From an uncultured Bacilli bacterium (GTDB lineage Bacteria > Bacillota_I > Bacilli_A > RF39 > UBA660), in contig CANQSO010000002.1 in assembly GCA_947626535.1 (NCBI GenBank), positions 1 to 52,464 of the forward strand: a stretch of 52,464 nucleotides of DNA. The letters run 5' to 3'. Shown here piece by piece: positions 35,462-45,700 of the stretch (positions within the stretch are counted from its first letter, which is position 1; every line of letters begins with the position of its first letter). The translations under genes and the position numbers were made by a program. Below the pieces are notes generated by a model, which saw nothing but the letters and a program-made list of their open reading frames with translations, was not told where the DNA came from and searched no databases.

Positions 35462-38089
35462 TTATTTATTTCTTTTTTCCTTTATTGCAGCAGCTGCAGC
35501 AGCAAGTCTTGCTATAGGTACTCTAAATGGTGAACAAGAAACATAATTTAAACCAATCTTATGGCAGAATTCAATACTAGATGGTTCACCACCATGTTCA
35601 CCACATATTCCTAATTTAATATCACTTCTGGTACTTCTTCCTTTTTTGGTAGCCATTTCAACTAATTGTCCAACACCTTCTTGGTCTAATTTAGCAAATG
35701 GATCTGATTCATAAATTTTATTTTCATAATATGAATCTAAGAATTTACCAGCATCATCTCTTGAGAAACCAAAAGTCATTTGAGTTAAATCATTAGTTCC
35801 AAATGAGAAGAATTCTGCTTCTTCAGCAATTTTATCAGCAGTTAAAGCCGCTCTTGGAATTTCAATCATTGTTCCAATATGATAATTAATATCACTATTT
35901 AATTCTTTTTTAACTTCTTCTGCTGTTTCAACTACAATATTTTTAACGAATTTTAATTCTTTAACTTCGCCAACTAATGGAATCATGATTTCTGGAACAA
36001 TATCATAACCTTTTTCATTTTTAATCTCGATTGCAGCTTCCATTAAAGCTCTTGTTTGCATCTTAGCAATTTCTGGATAAGTAACAGCAAGACGGCAACC
36101 ACGATGTCCCATCATTGGATTAAATTCGTGTAGCTCAGCACATTTTTGTTTTAACTCTTCCACACTAACATTCATATCTTTAGCTAAAGCTTTAATATCT
36201 TCTTCTTCAGTTGGTAAGAATTCATGTAGAGGCGGGTCTAAATAACGAACTGTCATTGGTAGACCTTTTAATTCTTCATACATGGCTTTAAAGTCACCTT
36301 TTTGAAAAGGTATTAGTTCATTTAAAGCTTCTTCTCTAGCTTCTTTAGTATCAGATAAAATCATTTTTCTAATTTTAGGAATACGTTCTTCATCAAAGAA
36401 CATGTGTTCTGTACGACATAGGCCAATACCTTCAGCACCTAAATTAACCGCATTTTTAGTATCTCTTGGATTATCAGCATTGGTTCTTACTTTTAAAGTT
36501 CTAAATTCATCTGCCCATTCCATAATTCTTCCAAAGTTACCGGTAACTGATGCTTCAACGGTTTTAATATCACCTTCATATATATTTCCGGTACTTCCAT
36601 CTAAAGAAATATAATCGCCTTCCTTAAATGTTACACCACCTAAACTAAATTCTTTAGCTTCTTCATTGATTTTAATGTCACCACAGCCAGATACACAGCA
36701 AGTACCCATACCACGCGCAACAACAGCAGCATGAGAAGTCATTCCCCCACGAACTGTTAAAATACCTTCACTAGCAGCCATACCTTCAATATCTTCTGGT
36801 GTAGTTTCTAAACGTACTAGAATAACTCGACCATCTTTACTTTTTTCTTTAGCATCTTCCGCACTAAAGACAATGCGACCAGCAGCAGCTCCAGGACTAG
36901 CAGGAAGACCAGTTCCCACTACTTTACCATTTTTTAAAGCTTCTTTATCAAAAGTTGGATGTAATAATTGATCTAATGATTTAGCTTCAATTCTTAATAC
37001 AGCTTCTTCTTTATCGATAACACCTTCATCAACTAAATCACAGGCAATATTAATTGCCGCTTCCGCAGTTCTTTTACCATTTCTCGTTTGTAAGAAATAT
37101 AATTTACCTTCTTCAATTGTAAATTCCATATCTTGCATATCTTTATAATGGTCTTCTAATTTTTCAGCAATTTGCATAAATTCTTCATATACTTGTGGTA
37201 AATCTTCTTTTAATTTAGTTATAGGTTGAGGAGTACGAATACCAGCCACAACATCTTCACCTTGAGCATTAATTAAGTATTCACCGTAAATACCTTTTTC
37301 CCCAGTAGATGGGTTACGAGTAAATGCTACACCAGTACCTGAAGTGTTACCCATATTACCAAAAACCATGGTTTGAACATTAACAGCCGTTCCCCAATCA
37401 CTTGGAATATCATTCATTCTACGGTAAACAATTGCTCTTGGATTATCCCATGAACGGAATACAGCTTTTACAGCTCCCATTAATTGTACTTTAGCGTCTT
37501 GTGGAAAATCTTCCCCATTCATAGCGTCTTTATAAACACTTTTAAAACGTTTTACTAATTCTTTTAAATCTTCAACATCAAGTTCTGTGTCGTAAGTAAC
37601 ACCTTTTGCTTCTTTAATTTCATCAATAATTTTTTCAAAATATGATTTAGGTACTTCCATAACAACATCAGAATACATTTGAATAAAACGACGATAAGAA
37701 TCATAAGCAAATCTTGGATTATTTGTTTTTTTAGCAAAACCTTCTACAGCTTCATCATTTAAACCTAAATTTAAAATGGTATCCATCATTCCTGGCATAC
37801 TAGCTCTTGCTCCAGAACGAACTGAAACTAATAATGGATCAGCATTATCACCAAATTTCTTACCTTGAATTTCTTCTAATTTACTTAAAGCCTCATATAT
37901 TTGACTTTCAATTTCTTCACTAATATTTTGATTATTATTATAATAATCTGTACAAGCTTCGGTTGAAATTGTAAAACCTTGAGGTATAGGTAAACCTAAA
38001 TTAGTCATTTCAGCTAAATTAGCTCCTTTACCTCCTAAAATATTTCTCATATCTTTATTGCCTTCTTTAAAAGCATATACATATTTCAT
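35462..38089 (-). CDS. ppdK: Pyruvate, phosphate dikinase
   Basis: 875 aa with an ATP-grasp N-terminus (GGKGANLAEM), the phospho-His loop GGMTSHAAVVARGMG, and a PEP-utilising C-terminus (FFSFGTNDLTQ, GICGEHGG). Confidence 0.97.
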   Translation of the reverse strand: MKYVYAFKEGNKDMRNILGGKGANLAEMTNLGLPIPQGFTISTEACTDYYNNNQNISEEIESQIYEALSKLEEIQGKKFGDNADPLLVSVRSGARASMPGMMDTILNLGLNDEAVEGFAKKTNNPRFAYDSYRRFIQMYSDVVMEVPKSYFEKIIDEIKEAKGVTYDTELDVEDLKELVKRFKSVYKDAMNGEDFPQDAKVQLMGAVKAVFRSWDNPRAIVYRRMNDIPSDWGTAVNVQTMVFGNMGNTSGTGVAFTRNPSTGEKGIYGEYLINAQGEDVVAGIRTPQPITKLKEDLPQVYEEFMQIAEKLEDHYKDMQDMEFTIEEGKLYFLQTRNGKRTAEAAINIACDLVDEGVIDKEEAVLRIEAKSLDQLLHPTFDKEALKNGKVVGTGLPASPGAAAGRIVFSAEDAKEKSKDGRVILVRLETTPEDIEGMAASEGILTVRGGMTSHAAVVARGMGTCCVSGCGDIKINEEAKEFSLGGVTFKEGDYISLDGSTGNIYEGDIKTVEASVTGNFGRIMEWADEFRTLKVRTNADNPRDTKNAVNLGAEGIGLCRTEHMFFDEERIPKIRKMILSDTKEAREEALNELIPFQKGDFKAMYEELKGLPMTVRYLDPPLHEFLPTEEEDIKALAKDMNVSVEELKQKCAELHEFNPMMGHRGCRLAVTYPEIAKMQTRALMEAAIEIKNEKGYDIVPEIMIPLVGEVKELKFVKNIVVETAEEVKKELNSDINYHIGTMIEIPRAALTADKIAEEAEFFSFGTNDLTQMTFGFSRDDAGKFLDSYYENKIYESDPFAKLDQEGVGQLVEMATKKGRSTRSDIKLGICGEHGGEPSSIEFCHKIGLNYVSCSPFRVPIARLAAAAAAIKEKRNK

Positions 38090-38192
38090 TAAATATAAAC
38101 TCCTTCCGTAATTAAAATTATAAAAAGAATTTAATACTTAATCAAGTAAAATTGTCAATACTAGTCATAATTTTACTAAAAAAAAGTTCATT

Positions 38193-38966
38193 TTACTGAA
38201 CTTCACTTGTAATGTTATCAAAAATATAATTTCCTGTATCTTTTTCATATTTTAAATTAATAGTTAATTTTTTATCTTGATATTCAAGACTTTCATCTTC
38301 TTCATTATAATCTTTTAAAATAATTAACTTAAGATTATCATCTTTTAAAGTAGCACTATCTAAAGTAATATTAGGTATTAGACAACTTCCCCCAGCATTT
38401 ATTCGGTAATAAGCATATCCTTTATTTTTACTATCATAATGATACATTCCCCCAAAAGTTTTAATATCTTCTTTTTGATATTTACTATCTTTACCAAAAA
38501 TTTCTTGATATTTATTTAAAATAATATTTTCAGCTATTATAGATGTATTTTCAAATTTTAATTTTTCTAAATCATTAGTAAAATCTTCAACCATCATACT
38601 AGAACAGTAATAAGTATCATCAATAGTTAAGCTATTTAATTCATCACAAGAAATATTTTCATAGTATGAACTTGGTATTTCATTTAAAACTAGATGAAGT
38701 CTTGCTTCCGTTTCATCATTTAATAATTCTTCATCAACACATTCTTCTTGAAAATATTTATACATATTAAAATACTTTTCTACTAAACTATCATTTATAT
38801 CCAAACTTTTTTCTTCTTGTTCTTCTTTAATTTCTTCTTTTGGCTCTTCTACTTTTTGATTAACATTTCCACTTAAATTAATAATTTTCTTATCAATCAA
38901 AATATAACCTACTAATCCTAAAACAACTATAACTAATAAACAATTAATAATCACACTTTTTTTCAT
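38193..38966 (-). CDS. Hypothetical membrane-anchored/secreted protein (257 aa)
   Basis: N-terminal TM MKKSVIINCLLVIVVLGLVGYILI, then an acidic linker. No recognisable domain. A hairpin plus T-run overlaps the stop. Confidence 0.62.
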   Translation of the reverse strand: MKKSVIINCLLVIVVLGLVGYILIDKKIINLSGNVNQKVEEPKEEIKEEQEEKSLDINDSLVEKYFNMYKYFQEECVDEELLNDETEARLHLVLNEIPSSYYENISCDELNSLTIDDTYYCSSMMVEDFTNDLEKLKFENTSIIAENIILNKYQEIFGKDSKYQKEDIKTFGGMYHYDSKNKGYAYYRINAGGSCLIPNITLDSATLKDDNLKLIILKDYNEEDESLEYQDKKLTINLKYEKDTGNYIFDNITSEVQ

Positions 38967-39010
38967 TTTTCAACTTCCCTACCTTCAAATTAATTATAAC
39001 ATAGTTTTAT

Positions 39011-39889
39011 TTATTTTCTAATCATTTTATCTAAATATTCTTTTCTTTTATATTCATTAGTCAAATGCGTGTAAACTTGCGTAGTACTTAATTGTTTATG
39101 GCCTAGTAATTCTTGAACACTTCTTATATCCGCCCCATTTTCAAGTAAATGAGTAGCAAAAGTATGTCTTAGAGTATGAGGTGACATATGATGAACAAAA
39201 GCAATTTTTTTAATTCTTTTAGCAACTATTTGTTCCACACTTTGTCTTTTCATTTGTTCACCCTTTTGATTAAGAAGCAAATAATCATTCTTTTCATTTT
39301 TTAAAAAAGTATCTCTAACTTTTAAATAATCTTCTAAAGCAGTTTTAGCATAACTACCAAAATAAGTAATTCGCATGACACTTCCTTTACCTAAAACTCT
39401 AATTTCCATATTTTTTAAATCAATATCTTTAAGTTTAATATTACATAATTCACTAACTCGCATCCCACTAGCATATAAGAGTTCAAAAATAAGTCTTTCT
39501 CTAATTAATACTGGGGTACTTAAGTCATCAAAAGTTAATAGTTCTAAAATTTCTTTATTATTTAAAAAATTAGGTAATTTCTTTTCTTTTTTCGGATTTT
39601 CAACTAATAAAAATAAATTAGTATTAATAATTTTTTTTTCATATAAATAATTGTAATAGCCTCTTAAAGAACTAAGAATTCTTGAAATGGAACTATTATG
39701 ATAATTTTGTTCATCTAAACTTTTTAAAAAATCCCATATTAAATATTTATTTAAATTTAATTCATCAATTTTTCTTGCCAAACAAAAATTTTTAAACATT
39801 AAAATATCTCTTTGATAATTCTCAATTGTTAAATCACTATAATTTCTTTCTATTTTTAATCTTTCTAAATAATTATTTAAATATTTCAT
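39011..39889 (-). CDS. Tyrosine recombinase, XerC/XerD family
   Basis: SGMRVSEL (Arg), HTLRHTFATHLL (HxxR) and LGHKQLSTTQVYTH (His, Tyr nucleophile). Start at ATG 39889. Confidence 0.88.
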   Translation of the reverse strand: MKYLNNYLERLKIERNYSDLTIENYQRDILMFKNFCLARKIDELNLNKYLIWDFLKSLDEQNYHNSSISRILSSLRGYYNYLYEKKIINTNLFLLVENPKKEKKLPNFLNNKEILELLTFDDLSTPVLIRERLIFELLYASGMRVSELCNIKLKDIDLKNMEIRVLGKGSVMRITYFGSYAKTALEDYLKVRDTFLKNEKNDYLLLNQKGEQMKRQSVEQIVAKRIKKIAFVHHMSPHTLRHTFATHLLENGADIRSVQELLGHKQLSTTQVYTHLTNEYKRKEYLDKMIRK

Positions 39890-39984
39890 TATTACCACTC
39901 TTTAAATAATTGTATCAAATAAACTTCTAAATTTACAACAAAAGATGCTTAAAATGTATTATAATATTGTTGGAGTGTGAAAAA

Positions 39985-41316
39985 ATGATTCGAGCAGTAC
40001 AAATAATAATTACCAAAACAATTACTTTTATCTGTAAGTTATTTCATAAAAATGGTAGTGTTCTACCAGGGGCTTGGGCATATGTTTTAAATCCTCATGT
40101 CTTAGATACTATAAAATATCCTAAATACGTTATTGGCGTGACCGGTTCAAGTGGTAAAGGCACTACTACTAATTTGATTTATCATATTTTAAAAGAATCA
40201 GGTGTTGATGTTGTCTATAATTCATCTGGTAGTAATATTATTAATGGTATTATAACTTTAATATTAAATAATTGTAATTTAAAAGGTGAATTTAAACATG
40301 ACGTTTTATTATTAGAATTAGATGAAAAACATCTACATTTAGCTTTTAAGGAAAGCAAACTTACTCATTTAGTTATTACCAATATCACGAGAGACCAACC
40401 AGCTAGAAATGGTTCTCCCGATTTAATTTATAATGAGATTATGAAAACGTTAAATGGCAAGACGACTTTAATTATCAATGCTAATGATCCAGGACTATTG
40501 AAAGCCACTCTTACCTATCCTGGTAAAGTTATTACTTATGGGATTAATAAAACCAAAGATTCTTATCAAAAATTAACTAATTATAATATTGATTATGCTT
40601 ATTGTCCTAAATGTCATCATAAACTAATCTATGATTTTTATCACTATGGTCACTTAGGAAATTATCACTGTCCTAATTGTGATTTTAATAATTTAAATTT
40701 AGATTATATAGCTGATAAAGTTGATTTAAAAAAACAAGAAATGAAAATTAATAACCAACTTGTTCATTTAAATAAAGATATCTTATATACAGCTTTTGCA
40801 ACTCTTGCTGCTTATAGTGTTTCAAGAGAAATCGGTTTAAAGGAAAAACAAATCTTAGATGCTTTAAATGTTCATCCCAATGACAGTAAAAGAGCTCATG
40901 AATATGTTTTAGATAACCGCAAAATAACGATGTTAGAAAGTAAAAATGAAAATTCTTTAAGTTATTTTCAATCTCTACAATATATTAAAAATGAAAGTGG
41001 TAAAAAATGTGTCTTACTTGGTTTTGAAAATGTTTCAAGACGTTATTCATATAATGATTTATCTTGGCTTTATGATGTTGATTTTGAACTATTAAATGAC
41101 ACCGATATCACTAATATTGTTTTAGTTGGAAGATTTAAATATGATGTAGCAACAAGATTAACATACGCTAATGTTGATGAAAAAAAATTTATCTTTGTTG
41201 ATGATTTAAAAGATATGGTTAAAATTTTAAAGGAACAAACAACTGGTGATATTTATACAATGGTTTGTTTTGATATGACCGAAATACTTTTAAAAGAACT
41301 AAAGGAGGAAGCATGA
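39985..41316 (+). CDS. murT: Lipid II isoglutaminyl synthase, Mur-ligase-like subunit MurT
   Basis: P-loop GVTGSSGKGTTT, Cys4 ribbon CPKCHH...CPNCDF, and a DUF1727-like C-terminus with DLSWLYDVDFE. ATG 39985 follows GGAGTG. The stop overlaps the gatD start. Confidence 0.88.
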   Translation: MIRAVQIIITKTITFICKLFHKNGSVLPGAWAYVLNPHVLDTIKYPKYVIGVTGSSGKGTTTNLIYHILKESGVDVVYNSSGSNIINGIITLILNNCNLKGEFKHDVLLLELDEKHLHLAFKESKLTHLVITNITRDQPARNGSPDLIYNEIMKTLNGKTTLIINANDPGLLKATLTYPGKVITYGINKTKDSYQKLTNYNIDYAYCPKCHHKLIYDFYHYGHLGNYHCPNCDFNNLNLDYIADKVDLKKQEMKINNQLVHLNKDILYTAFATLAAYSVSREIGLKEKQILDALNVHPNDSKRAHEYVLDNRKITMLESKNENSLSYFQSLQYIKNESGKKCVLLGFENVSRRYSYNDLSWLYDVDFELLNDTDITNIVLVGRFKYDVATRLTYANVDEKKFIFVDDLKDMVKILKEQTTGDIYTMVCFDMTEILLKELKEEA

Positions 41317-41987
41317 AAACATTTAAAATTGCTCATCTATATTACGATTTAATGAATCTTTATGGTGAAAGTGGTAACATCTTAGCTTTAAAAAAACATT
41401 TAGAAAAACAAAACTTAAAAGTTACCATAACTAATTTAAGTATTAATGATGAAATTGATTTTAATAAATATGATTTTTATTATTTAGGAAGTGGCGTTGA
41501 TGAAGCATATTACCTAGCTTTAAAACATTTAGAACAATATCAAAAAGAAATTAAAGAAGCAATTAATAATCATAAATTTTTCTTAGCAACTGGTAATTCT
41601 TTATGTTTATTTGGCGATTTAAATATTTTAGATTTTAAACCTGAAAAATGTGAATTTAGAATTGTTGGTGAACAAACCTTTACTTTTAAAAATTTAGAAA
41701 ATACCATAATCGGATTTCAAAATCGTGATTATATTTTAAAATTTGTTAAAGAAGAACATTTATTTGAAGTAAAAAAAGGAACCGGTTATATTCCTAAAGC
41801 AATTGTTGAAGGTATTAAGAAAAATAATTTTTATGGAACTTTTTTATTAGGACCTCTTTTAATTAGAAATCCTTTATTTACAGAATATTTAGTAAAAGAA
41901 ATAATGCAATCTAATGATCTTGAATATCATATTTATCATGATAAATGGGAAGAAAAAGCCTATAATGAATATCAAAAAAATTTTTAA
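41313..41987 (+). CDS. gatD: GatD-like CobQ-type glutamine amidotransferase subunit, with apparently degenerate catalytic residues
   Basis: MNLYGESGNILAL, DFYYLGSGVDE and GTFLLGPLLIRNP align with S. aureus GatD (as I recall it). AAGGAGG RBS. The gene is translationally coupled to murT. See the finding on Gly94 and Leu179. Confidence 0.8.
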   Translation: MKTFKIAHLYYDLMNLYGESGNILALKKHLEKQNLKVTITNLSINDEIDFNKYDFYYLGSGVDEAYYLALKHLEQYQKEIKEAINNHKFFLATGNSLCLFGDLNILDFKPEKCEFRIVGEQTFTFKNLENTIIGFQNRDYILKFVKEEHLFEVKKGTGYIPKAIVEGIKKNNFYGTFLLGPLLIRNPLFTEYLVKEIMQSNDLEYHIYHDKWEEKAYNEYQKNF

Positions 41988-42010
41988 AATCCTATAAAGG
42001 ATTTTTTTAT
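41987..42010 (+). terminator. Rho-independent terminator of murT-gatD
   Basis: AAATCCT-ATAA-AGGATTT followed by TTTTTAT, overlapping the gatD stop. Confidence 0.6.
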
Positions 42011-42054
42011 ATTACATTTAATGTATTTATTTTATGTCAAAAGGACGACTTTAT

Positions 42055-42083
42055 TTGTCAAGATAGAAATTTTATGATATTAT
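42055..42083 (+). promoter_or_regulatory. Candidate sigma-A promoter for rnhC
   Basis: TTGTCA-17 nt-TATTAT, ending 18 nt before ATG 42102. Confidence 0.45.
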
Positions 42084-42101
42084 TTATGTGGTGATATATA
42101 T

Positions 42102-43043
42102 ATGATAATTGTCTATCGAACTAGTGAAAAATTACGAAAGAAAATGATTGCTTATTATGCTGACAAAAAAAGAACTAAAACTCCCCCATATGCTATTTTT
42201 CAAGCTGAAGATGCTGATACCGTAGTTACTTTATATGAATCTGGAAAAGTAATGTTTCAAGGAATAAGTGCTGATATCGATGCAAAAATGTGGGCTGAAA
42301 CAGAAAAAAAATTAACTGGAATTAAAATTAATGTCTCTGAAGGCAAGCAAAAGTTAGAAAGAACTAAAAAAACTAGAAGTGAAATGTATAAATTAGATGT
42401 TTATGGTTCTGATGAAGTTGGCGTTGGCGATTTTTTAGGACCTATTGTTGTAACTGCCACATATGTTTCTAAAGATAAAGCCGAATTTGTAGAAAAATTA
42501 GGAGTTAGAGATTCTAAAATTATAACAGATGAAAAAATAAAAGCAATTACCCCTACTCTAATGGAAGAAATACCATATGCAAGTTATACTTTAAGTTGTA
42601 AAGAATATAATGATTATCAAAAACGTGGTTATAATATGAATCGGATTAAAGCAATAATCCATAATAAAGTATTATATGAATTAACCCAAAAAGGTTATCA
42701 TTATGATAAAATTGTTATTGATCAATTTGTCTATCCAGCTAAATATTTCGAACATGTAAAAGACGAGAAAAATATTGTTAGAAATATTACTTTTATGACT
42801 AAAGCCGAAAGTATTTGTTCAGCTGTCGCAGCAGCAAGTTGCATTAGTAGATATATTTTCTTACAAGAAATGGATAAGTTATCTAAAGAACTAGATATGA
42901 CTGTTTTAAAAGGCGCTGGAAAAGATGTTGACATTCTTACTGCTAAAATTGTTAAAAAATATGGAAAAGATAAACTTCAAGAAATAGCTAAATGTAATTT
43001 TAGAAATATGGAAAAATATCAAGAATACTTAAAAGAAAGCTAA
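42102..43043 (+). CDS. rnhC: Ribonuclease HIII
   Basis: N-terminal TBP-like domain (PPYAIFQAEDADTVVTLYESGKVMFQG) and a catalytic GSDEVGVGDFLGPIVV block. Confidence 0.92.
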   Translation: MIIVYRTSEKLRKKMIAYYADKKRTKTPPYAIFQAEDADTVVTLYESGKVMFQGISADIDAKMWAETEKKLTGIKINVSEGKQKLERTKKTRSEMYKLDVYGSDEVGVGDFLGPIVVTATYVSKDKAEFVEKLGVRDSKIITDEKIKAITPTLMEEIPYASYTLSCKEYNDYQKRGYNMNRIKAIIHNKVLYELTQKGYHYDKIVIDQFVYPAKYFEHVKDEKNIVRNITFMTKAESICSAVAAASCISRYIFLQEMDKLSKELDMTVLKGAGKDVDILTAKIVKKYGKDKLQEIAKCNFRNMEKYQEYLKES

Positions 43044-43055
43044 AAAAGCTTTCTT

Positions 43056-43994
43056 TTAATATTCAAATAAATTAACTAAAAAACTTTCAAAACCAAGCCA
43101 TTTATCTTTAAGACCAGATTTTATTTCATAATCTAATTTAGTTAAAGATAATAAATTATCTTTTAAATCATCAAGATGATATTTAGCTTTATTTTTTACT
43201 ATTTTTTGTAATTGCCAATCAGCTAATTTTAATTCTTGCATAATTTCTTTAGAATTATGTTTTTCTTCCAATAAATCAACCATTAACATTAAACGATATT
43301 CTCTTGCTAAAAGATTAATCAATTGTAAACTTTCAACTTTTAAACATTTTAAATCTTCTAATAAATCAAAAGATAATTTCATATCTTTTAAAATAACCGC
43401 ATCAACAAATTTAAATTGATTATCTTTAACATTAACACTAATTAAATCTTTTAAAATATCCATGGTAATCATGGTATTTTCTTTAAGTAATAAAGAAAAT
43501 TTATTTATTTCATTAACAATCAAATCATAATTATTTACACAAGCATTAACAATATATCTAACTCCATTATCTTCAATTAAATAATTTTTTTTCATAATCA
43601 TTTTTTTAGTTTCATTAATTAATTCGTATCCAATAGGAGCTTTAAGCTCTTTATACTCAGCTAATTCTTGCCATTTTTTAAAGATACTTTTTCTTTTATC
43701 AACACCATCATAAGTAGTAAAAATCAAAGTCGTATTAGAATTTGGATTGCTTAAATAATTAATTAAGCTTTCACTATTTTTAGAATTTTCTTTTTCTTTA
43801 CCAAATAAACTAACATTCTTAATTATTAAATATTTCATTTCATTAAACATTGAAACATATCCAGCTTCTTCTAAAATATCACTTAATGATACTTCACTAT
43901 AATTATAAACAATTTTATTAGTTGAATCTTTAATTATTTTTTTTAATTCATCATCTAATAATGTTTTAGAATCACTAGTTATTAATATATTCAT
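43056..43994 (-). CDS. holA: DNA polymerase III delta subunit
   Basis: The length, the position next to comEC, and the N-terminal clamp-loader-like region (LIIKN...LIFTTYDGVDKRKSIFK) fit holA. Sequence conservation is weak. Confidence 0.8.
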   Translation of the reverse strand: MNILITSDSKTLLDDELKKIIKDSTNKIVYNYSEVSLSDILEEAGYVSMFNEMKYLIIKNVSLFGKEKENSKNSESLINYLSNPNSNTTLIFTTYDGVDKRKSIFKKWQELAEYKELKAPIGYELINETKKMIMKKNYLIEDNGVRYIVNACVNNYDLIVNEINKFSLLLKENTMITMDILKDLISVNVKDNQFKFVDAVILKDMKLSFDLLEDLKCLKVESLQLINLLAREYRLMLMVDLLEEKHNSKEIMQELKLADWQLQKIVKNKAKYHLDDLKDNLLSLTKLDYEIKSGLKDKWLGFESFLVNLFEY

Positions 43995-44046
43995 TTTGCA
44001 TCACTTCTTTTATATTATATCAAGAATTCATTAAAGTAGATAGTAG

Positions 44047-45633
44047 TTAATTACTAGAAGATAAGACAAATGGATTATCTACAGTTCCATATTCTTGTTC
44101 AGGATGAGAATTAGTTGTTATTTTAACTGAGGATTTTAGATATAGAGTTGGCCAAACTTCATATGCTTTGTTGATGGAGGTGCCGTCGCTGACAAATCCA
44201 GAAGAATATATACGGTACGCAGAGTTGAAGTACGTAGAATCCGACAATAAAGTCCATATGTCATTGTTTGGTTTTAACCAATCATTTGTATTGCAATTAT
44301 CTTCTTCATAACTAAATAAATTTTTTGTTAAACAATTATTTCTTCCTTTTCCTCCTACAGCATATCCAAAATCACTTGGATACATTAATCCTATTCCATT
44401 ATGATTTTCTCCTAAATCTGTTTCAATACTCCATTCTGTTGCTCTATCATCATTATATACTGTTGTTCCACGCTCTTTCTCATAAAATTGTTTTGCTGTT
44501 ATTTTATAACCGGTACCCCCTCCTATATTCCAGATTACTTCTCTATCTACCATATTTCTAGCCTTTTCATCTAAGCCTTTTGGTAAAGCTGTTCCTGAAT
44601 TAAAATCACACGTATTTTCTGATGCTTGACTACCACTATTTCCTGTATAACATTCTCCTGTACTACTTTTATAATATATTCCATTTAACATATCTTTTAA
44701 TTTACTTGTCGTCCAATTATTTGTATATCCTAATGGTTTATCCCAGGCATAGTTACCAAATGCTTTTTGTTCTTTTACTCCATCTGTTCTTACTATTTTT
44801 ACTTTTTGCTCTACACTATCTCCTACTTTGACATTTACTAATCCGATTATTCTCCAGATTTCATTATTAAATAAGACATAGTTATTTGGATTTTCGCCAG
44901 CATATCTGTATTCTGTTTTATTCCATTCTTGTCCTAGCTCTTCTAAATCTTCATGAGGTACGGCATATAAGCCATCTCCAGTTTCTACAACAGGTACTTT
45001 TAATCCATTTAAATTAGCAGTTGGTTCTTCTTTATAACTAGTACTTAAAGTTATTTTGCCTTTCCAACTTGCATTCATATTGGCTGTTTCCATTGGAGTA
45101 TCTGGATCCATATAAAGTAATAAATTAAAACTTTTGGTTTCTCCTTTTTGCAAAACAAAATTGTATAACTCGTATGCATGTAGCGAATTACTTATGACTT
45201 TATTTTCATCATTATACATACTTGCACTTAATTTCTTTATACTATTTAAATTAGTATGATAATCTGTTTCATAAAGTATCGCGTCTATATACTCGTCTTG
45301 TAATTGTTTTTCTGCTCCGGCATTTATACTTTCTAAATTAATTGTGGCAGTTGCTAGATCATCACAAGTATTTTCTATCGTAAAATGATATGGCGTTGCT
45401 TTACTTAAAAAGCTTTCCAACTCTTCTAGTTTCAATGGATAGGCTTTATCAATGGTTATATCATTTTCTCCCGTAAAATTAATATTTAAGCATGCCGTAT
45501 TAACAACGTTTTCTCCTGTTTGTTGTCTTGTTAGAATCCAATAGGCATAAGTTATTCCTATTGCTACTAAACATAATCCTATTATTCCTATTAAAATCAT
45601 TATAAAAGTTTTATTTTCTTTTTTATCTTCCAT
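44047..45633 (-). CDS. Secreted/membrane-anchored hypothetical protein (528 aa) with atypical composition
   Basis: N-terminal TM followed by GITYAYWILTRQQTGENVV, which resembles a SipW-type signal-peptide region. The C-terminal WTLLSDS...GFVSDG...AYEVWPTLYLK resembles the WWLRS...VRPAL pattern of DUF6273-like domains. It is visibly more G+C rich than its neighbours. Confidence 0.7.
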   Translation of the reverse strand: MEDKKENKTFIMILIGIIGLCLVAIGITYAYWILTRQQTGENVVNTACLNINFTGENDITIDKAYPLKLEELESFLSKATPYHFTIENTCDDLATATINLESINAGAEKQLQDEYIDAILYETDYHTNLNSIKKLSASMYNDENKVISNSLHAYELYNFVLQKGETKSFNLLLYMDPDTPMETANMNASWKGKITLSTSYKEEPTANLNGLKVPVVETGDGLYAVPHEDLEELGQEWNKTEYRYAGENPNNYVLFNNEIWRIIGLVNVKVGDSVEQKVKIVRTDGVKEQKAFGNYAWDKPLGYTNNWTTSKLKDMLNGIYYKSSTGECYTGNSGSQASENTCDFNSGTALPKGLDEKARNMVDREVIWNIGGGTGYKITAKQFYEKERGTTVYNDDRATEWSIETDLGENHNGIGLMYPSDFGYAVGGKGRNNCLTKNLFSYEEDNCNTNDWLKPNNDIWTLLSDSTYFNSAYRIYSSGFVSDGTSINKAYEVWPTLYLKSSVKITTNSHPEQEYGTVDNPFVLSSSN

Positions 45634-45700
45634 AGTATCCCTACTTTCTTATAATTTAAGTTTAGCAACTGCCTAAATAATTGTCAAATTAAAACAATAT

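Noticed and set aside
36402-36614. 70-aa plus-strand ORF inside ppdK
   Set aside because: It is antisense to a highly conserved part of ppdK, with no translation signals.
44325-44831. Plus-strand ORFs 44325..44561 and 44622..44831
   Set aside because: They are antisense to the 528-aa secreted protein gene. They have Leu/Tyr/His-rich low-complexity products and no RBS.
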